Of a stretch of DNA of 32,000 bases, positions 8,113 to 15,982 are shown one piece after another. A program made the translations under genes and the position numbers. Position 1 is the first letter of the stretch. Each line of letters opens with the position of its first letter. This DNA is from Candidatus Methanophagaceae archaeon (GTDB taxonomy: Archaea > Halobacteriota > Syntropharchaeia > Alkanophagales > Methanospirareceae), in assembly GCA_003194425.1 (NCBI GenBank), contig PQXB01000002.1:1-32000 (forward strand). The letters run 5' to 3'. A model generated the notes under the pieces. It was given only the letters and a program-made list of their open reading frames with translations. It was not told the origin of the DNA and did no database searches.

Positions 8113-8989
8113 ACACCTTCTCCGCAGGACCGACGAGGTACGCGCCCTCCTCCCACAGCTCCACCTCCAGATCCCCTCCCCTCGTGTGCACCTGCACCGT
8201 AACAGGCACAGGCTCACCGCTCGTCACCGCCGTTGCCCCCGCTGCAGCCGCCACACGCCCCAGCTCGTTCAACGCAAGCACGGACGCCGTCGCACCCGTC
8301 CCGCAGGACAAGGTCTCCCCTACGCCCCGCTCGTAAGTCCTCACGCTTACCTCTTTCTCCTCTTCCCGCCCCCGCCCCACCTCTTCAACCACCACAAAAT
8401 CTACATTCGTCCGCTCTGGAAACGCCTCGTGCGATTCGATGCCGCGTCCTACCGCGTCCAAATCCAAGCCTTCAAAAGAATCCACTACAACCACCGCGTG
8501 CGGGTTGCCGAGACGCAGCGAGGTCAGCCTAACCACGCCGACCCGCTCGTTCACAAAAAACGGCTCGTCTACTCTCTCAAATCTCGGCTTGCCCATAAAA
8601 ACCCGAACCAAACCAGAACCAACTAAAACCTCAGCGACAACCACCCCCGCCAAAGTCTCCACTCTCAACCCTCCGCCCCTACGATCTGGTACCGCCCCCT
8701 TTTCGTAAGCGTACTTAGCGAAGCACCGCAGACCGTTTCCGCACATTTCCGCCTCTGAACCGTCGGCGTTGAAGACCCGCATTCTCACATCTGCTGCTGC
8801 AGTGGCAGAGTCGCACAGAAACAAAACCCCGTCTGCACCAACCGAGAACCTGCGTCGGCACAAAAATTCGGCGACCTCTGCTTTCTTCTCCTCCGCCACT
8901 CTCTCCCTCCCCCTCCCTCCTTCCTCACGGTCGTCAATCAGAATAAAATCGTTGCCACAACCCTGCATCTTCGTGATTTTGATTTTCAC
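8087..8989 (-). CDS. dapF: Diaminopimelate epimerase
   Basis: MKIKITKMQGCGNDFILIDD (GTG start), catalytic MCGNGLRC and SCGTGATA, and LGNPHAVVVV. Contains a charged insert REEGGRGRERVAEEKKAE. Confidence 0.9.
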   Translation of the reverse strand: MKIKITKMQGCGNDFILIDDREEGGRGRERVAEEKKAEVAEFLCRRRFSVGADGVLFLCDSATAAADVRMRVFNADGSEAEMCGNGLRCFAKYAYEKGAVPDRRGGGLRVETLAGVVVAEVLVGSGLVRVFMGKPRFERVDEPFFVNERVGVVRLTSLRLGNPHAVVVVDSFEGLDLDAVGRGIESHEAFPERTNVDFVVVEEVGRGREEEKEVSVRTYERGVGETLSCGTGATASVLALNELGRVAAAAGATAVTSGEPVPVTVQVHTRGGDLEVELWEEGAYLVGPAEKVFEGVVELR

Positions 8990-9005
8990 ACTTTTAACCC
9001 CCTCA

Positions 9006-9035
9006 GCCTTTCACACGCACGCCTTTCACACGCAC
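9006..9035. repeat. 15-bp x2 perfect tandem repeat (gcctttcacacgcac) upstream of dapF
   Basis: Read directly. Lies 17-46 nt upstream of the dapF GTG on the minus strand. Confidence 0.95.
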
Positions 9036-9037
9036 CG

Positions 9038-9067
9038 CCTAAATCAAAGATTTAGGAAGTGGCTTCC
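9038..9067. promoter_or_regulatory. Two adjacent perfect palindromes (possible operator or hairpins)
   Basis: CCTAAATC-aaa-GATTTAGG (9038-9056) overlaps GGAAG-tgg-CTTCC (9055-9067). Located in the dapF upstream region. No assigned function. Confidence 0.3.
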
Positions 9068-9210
9068 TCCTTCTACAACAACAGAACTTGCCGAAACTTG
9101 CATTAGTTCCCTGTCCCTGTCCTGTTCTCGTGCCTTGTGAATTTACTTTCACAACTACCTTACCAGATATTTCTGCATTGTATAATATAACATTCCAAAA
9201 AGAGAGAGAT

Positions 9211-9321
9211 GTGGTGCTCGTTTTGGTTGGGGCGGAAGTTTGTCTGCGGTGTGGCGAGGCTTACTACACGCCGAAGACCGTAGAGAAGTTAGTGAAGATA
9301 AGAGAAAGATTGAAAGGGTGA
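9211..9321 (+). pseudogene. Remnant of a YgiT/MqsA-type zinc-ribbon protein (C-terminal half only)
   Basis: VVLVLVGAEVCLRCGEAYYTPKTVEKLVKIRERLKG resembles the second half of YgiT-type zinc fingers (VP..VC..CGE.Y). The first CxxC pair is missing. The TATA-like GTATAATATAAC at 9178-9189 would place a leaderless GTG near 9211. Confidence 0.3.
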
Positions 9322-9350
9322 GGGATTGAAAGGGTGAGGGATTGAAAGGA
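9308..9350 (+). repeat. 16-bp x2.7 tandem repeat (gattgaaagggtgagg) including the stop codon of the zinc-ribbon remnant
   Basis: Two perfect units (9308-9323, 9324-9339) plus a partial third. The TGA at 9319-9321 lies in unit 1 and is repeated. Confidence 0.95.
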
Positions 9351-9505
9351 CGGGTTAAAATAGAGGATCTGTGCGTGCCAGCAGGGCGGACATATCTTTA
9401 CAAAGGAGAGGTTGAAGCGTGAAACCGCGCGATGAGAAACCTTTTCTTACAAAGAAAAGCTTTACTAAAAGAAATAAAATGAGAAAATGAGCAAAAAAAA
9501 ATAGA

Positions 9506-9534
9506 AAAATTTATAAATGCGTATTTATAAAATT
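9506..9534 (+). promoter_or_regulatory. Two TATA-like boxes upstream of the 9567 ORF
   Basis: TTTATAAA at 9510-9517 and again at 9524-9531, in a very AT-rich 90-bp stretch. A G-rich SD-like AAGGGGGT lies at 9550-9557. Confidence 0.4.
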
Positions 9535-9566
9535 ATAAAAACAAAAAAGAAGGGGGTAGAGAAAAG

Positions 9567-10031
9567 ATGCAAACTAGAATAGTTTGGAAGGGCTTGGCGG
9601 TCTTAACCGCCTTAGCGATGGTCGCAAGCAGCGCAGCGGTGTTGTACAGCGGGAGCGGAGCAGAAGGGGTAGGAAAAAAGGGAGACAAAGGAGGCGGAGG
9701 AAGAGGCGTTATTTCGCTCGTGCCACCGCCCTTTGTCTGTGTCGCAGGCGCAGCGGACCTTATTCGAACTGATAAAATTATCTCGCAACTCGAGGAGGTT
9801 TCTGAACCGTTAGGACCAAAATCCGAAATCCACGTTCACAAAGAAGAATGTTTGTCAACGAATGAGCCCCAGATCGAGCACAACAAAATTTATAATTTTA
9901 CTACAAAGTGGAGTGCAAGTGTTTGGGAAGTTGAGAACTTGGAGGATGTGACCTACACGATTACAACCTCAAAGAATTTCACATACAAATTGGGAAAGGC
10001 TACGAGGAGACTTTCTCAGTTCCGACTTTAG
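9567..10031 (+). CDS. Hypothetical secreted or membrane-anchored protein
   Basis: N-terminal signal/TM segment (WKGLAVLTALAMVASSAAVLY), then a Gly/Lys-rich linker. No recognisable domain. AT-rich promoter upstream. Confidence 0.5.
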   Translation: MQTRIVWKGLAVLTALAMVASSAAVLYSGSGAEGVGKKGDKGGGGRGVISLVPPPFVCVAGAADLIRTDKIISQLEEVSEPLGPKSEIHVHKEECLSTNEPQIEHNKIYNFTTKWSASVWEVENLEDVTYTITTSKNFTYKLGKATRRLSQFRL

Positions 10032-10075
10032 AAGTGGTTGTGGAAGACACCGCGGAGTGGCGGTTCGTGTCAGAG

Positions 10076-12223
10076 TCAGGTAAGGGTGTGGGAGCAGAAG
10101 GAATAAATCTTCCACTTCCCCCTTCCCAACCCTGCTACATATTTTAAACGCTCGTCGTCAAAAGCCGAATCGTTTATTTTGAAGTGGTTCTCGGCTGCGA
10201 ATGCTCTCTCGTGCGGTCCAACGCAGACGTAGTCCACGCCGTAGTCGTCAAGAAGCGTGAAATCCCCGCTGTAAATCGCTATTTCGTCCCTCTTCCGTTC
10301 GTTAATCTTCGTCCAATTTATGCCGTGCGACCAGAGCCACCCCTCGTAGCCCATCACTCGTTGCCTGCCCGCGAGCGAGGGAATCGGGTGGTTGTGTGCT
10401 GACCCAGTTAAGAACACGCTCTCTGAAGGCGTGTTCTCCCGCACCCACTCTGCAACCCTAACCTCCTCCGCCGACCAAATCCTGGCATTCTGCTCCAGCA
10501 TTTCCGCGTGCGTCGCAAAGCCAAAGAAAGTGCAAGCCAAACTGCAGCAGACAACGACCAAAAACGCAACAGAGACAGAGACAGGAACGGCGTAGAACTC
10601 CTTTCGCTTCCCTCTCGTCCCCGCACCCCCTCCTGCACTGCCTCCCGCACTCACACCAGCACCCCCTCCTGTACCCACACCCGCACCAACGCGGTTACCA
10701 ACGCGGTCGGCAACCCAAAATATCGCGACCGACGCCAGCACGACGGTCAGAGCGTGCCAATGCAAAAACATCTTGTAGTTGTCGAAGCACCAGGGCTGGA
10801 ATTTCACGAAGTTTGCGAGGACGAAGAGCAGCAGAAACGGGAGGTAGAAGACTCTCGCTCGTCGTGCGGACTTTAAAAAGCCTAAAGGCAGCAGAAAAAA
10901 AAGCGCACCCAGATTTAGCATCCAAAATTTCGCTAACACGAAGACGGCTTTGGCAGCCGAAAAGAGCGGTCCAAAGAATGAGAAAGACCAGTCAAACCCC
11001 AAGAGTGTGGCACGGTTCTCCGCGGTCCAGCCTGGAAAGAAGACGAAAAACCCCTCTGAGACCGCTGTTTTTATGCACAAGACCTGCGGCAAGGCGAGTA
11101 GAATCAGCGGTGCGAACAAAAAAATGAACGCTTTGAACTCGTTTTTCCCACGCCCCTCAAAAGCGAAGTAAAGAATGAAAAGCGTTAAAGAGACAAGAGC
11201 AGTAGCCATAAACGAGTGTGCGTGAATGTAAGGCAGCAAGCCAACGAGCGTCCCCGCCAAAAACAACTCCTTCCCTTTTTTCCTCTCTCCTCTTCCCTCT
11301 CTCTCTTCTCTTCCCTCTCTCTCTTCTCTTCCCTCTCTCTCCTCTCTCTCCCTCTCCTCCCCCTCCGCAAACATTGCGTGAAACAAAAGAATGTAGACCG
11401 CGAACGAGACGCCCAGACCAAGCATTGCCGTCCTTTGCGGCATTAGAACCGCGTACATCGGGTTCAGGAAGTGAATGCCCCACGAGGACTGCAGACCCGA
11501 GGGGAAGCCCGAAAAAATGAAAATGAAAACCGACAACGCCCCTACTCTCTTTGAGCCAGTCAGCCTGCGAGCAAGCGAATAAAAAAGCCCAAAAAAGCAG
11601 AACTGAAACAGAATGTTAGGAACGAGAAAGGCACCTCTCAAGCTCAATCCTGCTTTCATCAGCACCGCTGAGTAAAAATCCATCAGGAAAGGGTAGTGCA
11701 TTTTGGTCCCCGAAAACTGCGGGTAACTCGGGGGAAAACTGAAATTCTCGCTGTAGGCGAACGCGGTGGCGAGCGAGGTGTGAAAAGGGTAGTCCGCCCA
11801 AACAGTGTGAATTGCGTAGAGATTTCCTGCCTCATCGGCACGGAAAACGCCGTGCAAATTCATCGCCACCAAGTAAAGCAGAACAACCGCAAAGAAAACG
11901 AGAACCGACCTCTCCCCCTTCACCCCCTTCCCCTTCACCCCCTTCCCTTTCAGCCCCTTCACCACATTCTCCTCCTTCAAACCGCCAACTCCGAAAAGCA
12001 CGACCGACGCAGCAGCGCACAGAACGACGCACTGCAGGACAGTGGCAACGGACAACGCCCCGTTTAAGCAGGAAAGCAGGAAGACAAGCCAGATTGAAAT
12101 CGCGTGTCCGACGACGAGCGAGAAGAACGCCCGTTCAGCAGCAAGAAAACGGATGCTTAAAAGTGAGGAGACGGCAAGCCCGAGAAGGAAGCAGACCGCG
12201 ATGAAAAATATCCAGAGTAGCAT
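10076..12223 (-). CDS. Polytopic membrane protein, putative GT-C-fold (PMT/ArnT-like) glycosyltransferase
   Basis: More than 12 predicted hydrophobic helices and a C-terminal soluble domain (WSAEEVRVAEWVRENTP...YVCVGPHE), an architecture typical of GT-C enzymes. Family assignment is by architecture only. Three low-complexity loops are encoded by tandem repeats. Confidence 0.5.
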   Translation of the reverse strand: MLLWIFFIAVCFLLGLAVSSLLSIRFLAAERAFFSLVVGHAISIWLVFLLSCLNGALSVATVLQCVVLCAAASVVLFGVGGLKEENVVKGLKGKGVKGKGVKGERSVLVFFAVVLLYLVAMNLHGVFRADEAGNLYAIHTVWADYPFHTSLATAFAYSENFSFPPSYPQFSGTKMHYPFLMDFYSAVLMKAGLSLRGAFLVPNILFQFCFFGLFYSLARRLTGSKRVGALSVFIFIFSGFPSGLQSSWGIHFLNPMYAVLMPQRTAMLGLGVSFAVYILLFHAMFAEGEEREREEREGREEREGREEREGRGERKKGKELFLAGTLVGLLPYIHAHSFMATALVSLTLFILYFAFEGRGKNEFKAFIFLFAPLILLALPQVLCIKTAVSEGFFVFFPGWTAENRATLLGFDWSFSFFGPLFSAAKAVFVLAKFWMLNLGALFFLLPLGFLKSARRARVFYLPFLLLFVLANFVKFQPWCFDNYKMFLHWHALTVVLASVAIFWVADRVGNRVGAGVGTGGGAGVSAGGSAGGGAGTRGKRKEFYAVPVSVSVAFLVVVCCSLACTFFGFATHAEMLEQNARIWSAEEVRVAEWVRENTPSESVFLTGSAHNHPIPSLAGRQRVMGYEGWLWSHGINWTKINERKRDEIAIYSGDFTLLDDYGVDYVCVGPHERAFAAENHFKINDSAFDDERLKYVAGLGRGKWKIYSFCSHTLT
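11291..11342 (-). repeat. 18-bp x2.8 in-frame tandem repeat encoding EREGREEREGREEREG
   Basis: tcttccctctctctcttc is repeated at 11291, 11309 and 11327 (the last partial), within a loop of the membrane protein. Confidence 0.9.
11919..11963 (-). repeat. 15-bp x3 in-frame repeat encoding GLKGKGVKGKGVKG
   Basis: The ttcac(c/g) motif recurs at 11919, 11934 and 11949, within a loop of the membrane protein. Confidence 0.8.
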
Positions 12224-12245
12224 AAATTTTTATTGCTTTCGTGAG

Positions 12246-13766
12246 TTAAAAATCCCTGAAAAGTTTGACCACATTTTTCACTTCCCCCACCACAACCCGA
12301 ACCTGCTTCATCGTGTCCCGCTCCCGCACCGTCACTGTGTCGTCCTCCAGCGTCTCGTAGTCCACAGTTACGCAAAAAGGCGTGCCGATTTCGTCCTGCC
12401 GCCGGTACCGCCTGCCGATGCTGCCGGACTCGTCGTACTCCACGAACATTCCCGCCGCTCGCAACTCCTGAAAAACCGCCCTCGCCTTCTTCTTCAACTC
12501 CTCCCGCTTAAGCAGTGGCAAGACCGCGGCTCTCACCGGTGCGACCTCCTTCTTAAACCTCAACACCTTCCGCTTCTCTTTTCCCACCTGCTCCTCGTAG
12601 AACGAACTCTCGAGCAGGGCGTAAACAATTCGGTCAATTCCGTAAGAAGGCTCAATCACATTCGGCGTCCCCGCACCTCCACCACTCAGCGAGTGTGCCG
12701 AGAGGTCGTAGTCGCCCCGGTCCGCCACGCCAACGATTTCCATCCAGCCGTACCGCTCGCTAAAGAACTCCGCGTCCCAGCAGTCGGTCGCGTAGTGCGC
12801 CATTTCGTCCCCGCGGTGCTGTCTGAATTTCAGTCGCTCTCGCGGGATTCCAAGCCCCTCTACCAGGAACTCCTCCACCCTCGCAATGTGGTAGCCCAGG
12901 AACTCGTTTGCAACCACACCGCTCCTAACTGCTTCCTCTACGCTTACGCTCTTCTCCTCCCCTTTCTCCTCTCCTCCTCTTCCTCCTTCTCCCTCTTCCC
13001 CGCCCTTTCCCTCTCGCTTTCCCTCTCCCTTTTCCTCTCCCTTTCCTTCGCCCTCTGCACTTGGAACAAGCCTCAGCCGCTTCTCCTTCACTGCCGCAAA
13101 CCGCGGGTGCTTCTCCTTCTCCGCGGGGTCGACAAAAACCTCCGCCTCCGCCATCGTGAACTCACGCAGCCGAATAAGGCTCTTTCTCGGCGAAATCTCG
13201 TTCCTGTACGCCTTCCCAATTTGAAACGCACCGAACGGTAGCTTACCGCGGTTGAACCGCAGCAGCCGCGGGAAATTTAGAAAAATCCCCTGTGCCGTCT
13301 CGGGTCGCAGGTAACCCTCGCTCTTCCTTCTCTCTTCTTTCTCGTCTCCCCCTGCCCCTCTCCCTCCTCCCCCCCTCGGCACTCCAATCCTCGTCTGAAA
13401 CATCAAATTAAACTCGCCCGCGTCCTCAAGCTCGCCGCCGCACTCAGGACACCTCTGCCCCTCTCCCACTTCCTCTCTCTCGGCAACGCGGAAAAAATTC
13501 CTGCACTGCCTGCAGACCACCGCCTGGTCTGAAAAGCTCTCCAAATGCCCCGACGCCTCAAAGACCGCCCTCGGTGCGACGGTCGGCGTCTCCACCTCGT
13601 AAAACCCCTCACGCAAGTAGAACTCCCGCCACGCCGCTTCCACCCGCCGTTTCAGCAACGCACCCAACGGACCGTAGTCGTAAAACCCCGCTGCACCGCC
13701 GTAAACCTCAAACGCCTGCCACAAAAACCCACGCCTGCGAGCGAGTTCCGCTACTTCGTCTTGCAT
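12246..13766 (-). CDS. glyS: Glycine--tRNA ligase (archaeal/eukaryotic-type class II)
   Basis: RRGFLWQAFEVYGGAAGFYDYGPLG, LRPETAQGIF and REFTMAEAEVF are GlyRS signature motifs. Zinc-ribbon insert CRQC...CPECG. Two long G/E/K-rich inserts are encoded by CT-rich (antisense) repeats at about 12950-13070 and 13315-13380. Confidence 0.9.
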   Translation of the reverse strand: MQDEVAELARRRGFLWQAFEVYGGAAGFYDYGPLGALLKRRVEAAWREFYLREGFYEVETPTVAPRAVFEASGHLESFSDQAVVCRQCRNFFRVAEREEVGEGQRCPECGGELEDAGEFNLMFQTRIGVPRGGGGRGAGGDEKEERRKSEGYLRPETAQGIFLNFPRLLRFNRGKLPFGAFQIGKAYRNEISPRKSLIRLREFTMAEAEVFVDPAEKEKHPRFAAVKEKRLRLVPSAEGEGKGEEKGEGKREGKGGEEGEGGRGGEEKGEEKSVSVEEAVRSGVVANEFLGYHIARVEEFLVEGLGIPRERLKFRQHRGDEMAHYATDCWDAEFFSERYGWMEIVGVADRGDYDLSAHSLSGGGAGTPNVIEPSYGIDRIVYALLESSFYEEQVGKEKRKVLRFKKEVAPVRAAVLPLLKREELKKKARAVFQELRAAGMFVEYDESGSIGRRYRRQDEIGTPFCVTVDYETLEDDTVTVRERDTMKQVRVVVGEVKNVVKLFRDF

Positions 13767-13822
13767 CTTACATCCCGCATCTTACATCCCGCATCTTACA
13801 TCCCGCATCTTGCATTCCACAT
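13763..13822 (-). repeat. Array of nine ATG-initiated heptads (14-bp x4 repeat) filling the spacer and ending in the glyS start codon
   Basis: The minus strand reads ATGTGGA ATGCAAG ATGCGGG ATGTAAG ATGCGGG ATGTAAG ATGCGGG ATGTAAG ATGCAAG(ACG..). ATGs fall every 7 nt from 13822 to 13766. Confidence 0.95.
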
Positions 13823-14287
13823 TTATTCACTCCCTTCCTTCTTCGCCTTCGCCTTCACCTTCTCCCACTGCCTGTTACCGTCTCTGAGCTCGGCACTGCC
13901 CAGCAACGCCAGCTCAATCGCCCTCGCAATGTGTTCCCGCTGTCTGTCCGCCAAATAAACGACCGACTCCTTGTAAGAATCCTCCAAATACTTCAGCCCC
14001 TTCACAAGATGCTCGTGCATCTCCTTAAACCGATCCGGCGCCTTAATGTACTCCGCCTGACTGAGCGTGCTCTTCGCAGCGTCCCCGCACTTCCGCATCT
14101 CCTTCTCATATTTTCCCTCGCCCACTTTCTCCCAGAAGAAGTCGTGCATCACCACAACGCCGTCAATTACCGCCATTATCTCCGCCAGCAAGTCCGAACA
14201 GTTCATCAAATAAAACTTCTCGTCCTCGCTCATCTCGTACCGCGTTCTTCGCTGCTTGAAAATCCCGTCTAAAGACAAAAAACCCAT
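13823..14287 (-). CDS. Hypothetical protein (helical, no recognised family)
   Basis: ORF with ATG at 14287 preceded by GGAGGGGGGAG (SD). The track's TTG at 14305 is less likely. Embedded in the aIF5A-CBS-glyS co-directional block. Confidence 0.55.
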   Translation of the reverse strand: MGFLSLDGIFKQRRTRYEMSEDEKFYLMNCSDLLAEIMAVIDGVVVMHDFFWEKVGEGKYEKEMRKCGDAAKSTLSQAEYIKAPDRFKEMHEHLVKGLKYLEDSYKESVVYLADRQREHIARAIELALLGSAELRDGNRQWEKVKAKAKKEGSE

Positions 14288-14305
14288 TTTTACTCCCCCC
14301 TCCAA

Positions 14306-15277
14306 CTACGACGCCAACAAAACCCGCAGAAGATCCCTGTCGTGCAGAATGCCCGTCAATTTAGCCCTTCCGGAGACAACAGGAAGTTGGTCAAACTTGT
14401 TTCTGCTCATCTTCGCTGCACACTCGCTCGCCTCGCAGTTACGCGTCGCTGTAGCCACCTTCTTTACCATCACTTCCCGAACGAGCCGGTCTGGCAGTTT
14501 TATTTTTGACACCCCGTAGTACAATTTCATCGTGTCCCGCATTCCCTCCCAAGTCCACTTGTCCTCGTCCGCACCCAGCGAGAGGTCTGAATGCTCGGTC
14601 CCGTCTTCGATCACCGCAGCATTTATCAAGTCCCGGTCCGTTACCAGCCCAACCAGCTCGAGCTCGGAGTTCAAAACCGGAACCGCCTTTACCCTCGCGA
14701 GTTCCATTATCCGACCCGCAACAGGCAACGGCGTCTCCTCCCAGACCGCCACGCACTTGTCGTTGTCTCCGATGTAGTTGCTAACTGGTTCTTTGCAGTG
14801 CAGCTCTGCGATTTTCCTGACGAGGTCCGCGACTGTAACTATTCCAACGAGCCGCCTGTCTGCCACTCTGACCACGGGGAGCCGCCGAATTCTGTTTGAA
14901 AGAAGAATCCTCGCTGCCTCTGCGACCGTCGCCTCGGGACTGACCGTAACGGGATTTCGGGACATCAGCAACGCAATCTGCTCCTCGCTGGGATTTTTCA
15001 GCAAGTCCTGCCTCGTGACCACGCCCACTACTTTTCCCGGCTCTCCACCACTCTCCGCTTCTTTAACAACCGGAGCCCCAGAAATCTGCTTCTCTTTGAA
15101 GAGGTTCATTAGCCGCTCTCTCGTCCCTGGGACTGACACAAAAGCGACCTCCTTTACCATTATCTCACGAACTTTTATCTCTTCTCCTCCTCCTGCTCCT
15201 TCTCTTCCTGCTCCTCCATCTCTTCCTGCTCCTCCGCCTATTCTTCTTCCTTCGCCTGCTCTCTCTTCCCCTGGCAT
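14306..15277 (-). CDS. CBS-domain protein (four CBS repeats, two Bateman modules)
   Basis: Four repeats of the CBS pattern (IMVKEVAFVS..., LMSRNPVTVSP..., VAVWEETPL..., VMVKKVATAT...) with typical GIVT..DL endings. Gly/Arg-rich N-terminal low-complexity extension. Confidence 0.8.
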   Translation of the reverse strand: MPGEERAGEGRRIGGGAGRDGGAGREGAGGGEEIKVREIMVKEVAFVSVPGTRERLMNLFKEKQISGAPVVKEAESGGEPGKVVGVVTRQDLLKNPSEEQIALLMSRNPVTVSPEATVAEAARILLSNRIRRLPVVRVADRRLVGIVTVADLVRKIAELHCKEPVSNYIGDNDKCVAVWEETPLPVAGRIMELARVKAVPVLNSELELVGLVTDRDLINAAVIEDGTEHSDLSLGADEDKWTWEGMRDTMKLYYGVSKIKLPDRLVREVMVKKVATATRNCEASECAAKMSRNKFDQLPVVSGRAKLTGILHDRDLLRVLLAS

Positions 15278-15286
15278 TCTTATTTT

Positions 15287-15700
15287 TTAGACAATCTTGT
15301 ACTGCCCCTCATAGTGCAAAAACGAGATCTCCTTGCCCGGATCAACTTTTCCCCTCTCCTTCTCCCGCAACTCCCCTGGTATTTTTATCTCCACCGTAGA
15401 GTAGTCCTCCAAGTCCATAATTTGTGCTGTGTCGCCCTCGCCCTCGCCCTCGCCCTCGCCCGAGACCGAGAGCACCTGACCGCTCTTCCGCTCAATCACA
15501 GGCACATAAATCTTCGCGGTAACAGGATGAATTGCCGTCCTCTTCTGCCCGTCAAAGACGCCAATGCCCTCGATCCGAGCCTTTGCAGCCCCGTGCTTCC
15601 CCGGTTTTGAAGTTGTCATACTCGTTATCGTGCACGGCTCCTCGTCTAAAACCACGTACCGCCCTTCTTTCAGCGTCCTCACCTCTGCCAGCTCTTTCAT
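15287..15700 (-). CDS. eif5a: Translation initiation factor 5A (aIF5A)
   Basis: LKEGRYVVLDEEPCTITSMTTSKPGKHGAAKARIEGIGVFDG carries the hypusine loop KPGKHG. C-terminal OB domain with a GEGEGEGEG insert. Confidence 0.92.
   Translation of the reverse strand: MKELAEVRTLKEGRYVVLDEEPCTITSMTTSKPGKHGAAKARIEGIGVFDGQKRTAIHPVTAKIYVPVIERKSGQVLSVSGEGEGEGEGDTAQIMDLEDYSTVEIKIPGELREKERGKVDPGKEISFLHYEGQYKIV
15434..15457 (-). repeat. (GCCCTC)x4 hexanucleotide repeat encoding GEGEGEGEG inside aIF5A
   Basis: Read directly. In frame, within the C-terminal domain. Confidence 0.95.
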
Positions 15701-15804
15701 ATTTTATCCGCTCCCTCCTCCTTCGCCTTTGACTTCTCCTTTGGCTTCTCTTCTCGCTTCTCCGCTCTTCCCCTCTCTTCTCCTCTCTTCTCCTTTCCTT
15801 TCAC

Positions 15805-15900
15805 TCACTTCCTGTACCTCATCTTCTTCCGTCGCTTCTTCAACTTGTGCTTCCGCATCTTCGCCAGTTTTCTCTTCTTTCCGCAGGGAATTTGAATCAC
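15805..15900 (-). CDS. Unannotated 31-codon highly basic ORF (possible small ribosome-associated protein)
   Basis: The minus strand reads GTG ATT CAA ... AGG AAG TGA = VIQIPCGKKRKLAKMRKHKLKKRRKKMRYRK*. It is below the track's length cutoff. A TATA-like ATTTTTATAA (15930-15921) is centred about 26 nt upstream of the GTG, consistent with a leaderless mRNA. An internal ATG at 15858 is an alternative start. Confidence 0.4.
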   Translation of the reverse strand: MIQIPCGKKRKLAKMRKHKLKKRRKKMRYRK

Positions 15901-15982
15901 CACCTTTCTATTTCTTCTTCTTATAAAAATCATTAACCTTTTCAAGATAAAGATAAAGAGAAGCAGGGGAGAAAAGGGAAGA

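Noticed and set aside
4914-8626. Long plus-strand ORFs (4914-5678, 5333-5809, 5757-6569, 6520-7524, 7645-8202, 7787-8626) overlapping hdrA and dapF.
   Set aside because: They are antisense shadows of strongly supported minus-strand genes. Their translations are Arg/Pro/His-rich, low in complexity and free of motifs.
12042-14272. 399-aa and 232-aa plus-strand ORFs (12042-13241, 13574-14272).
   Set aside because: They are antisense to GlyRS, the membrane protein and the 13823-14287 ORF. They contain Ser/Leu/Pro runs produced by the complement of the purine-rich repeats. No motifs.
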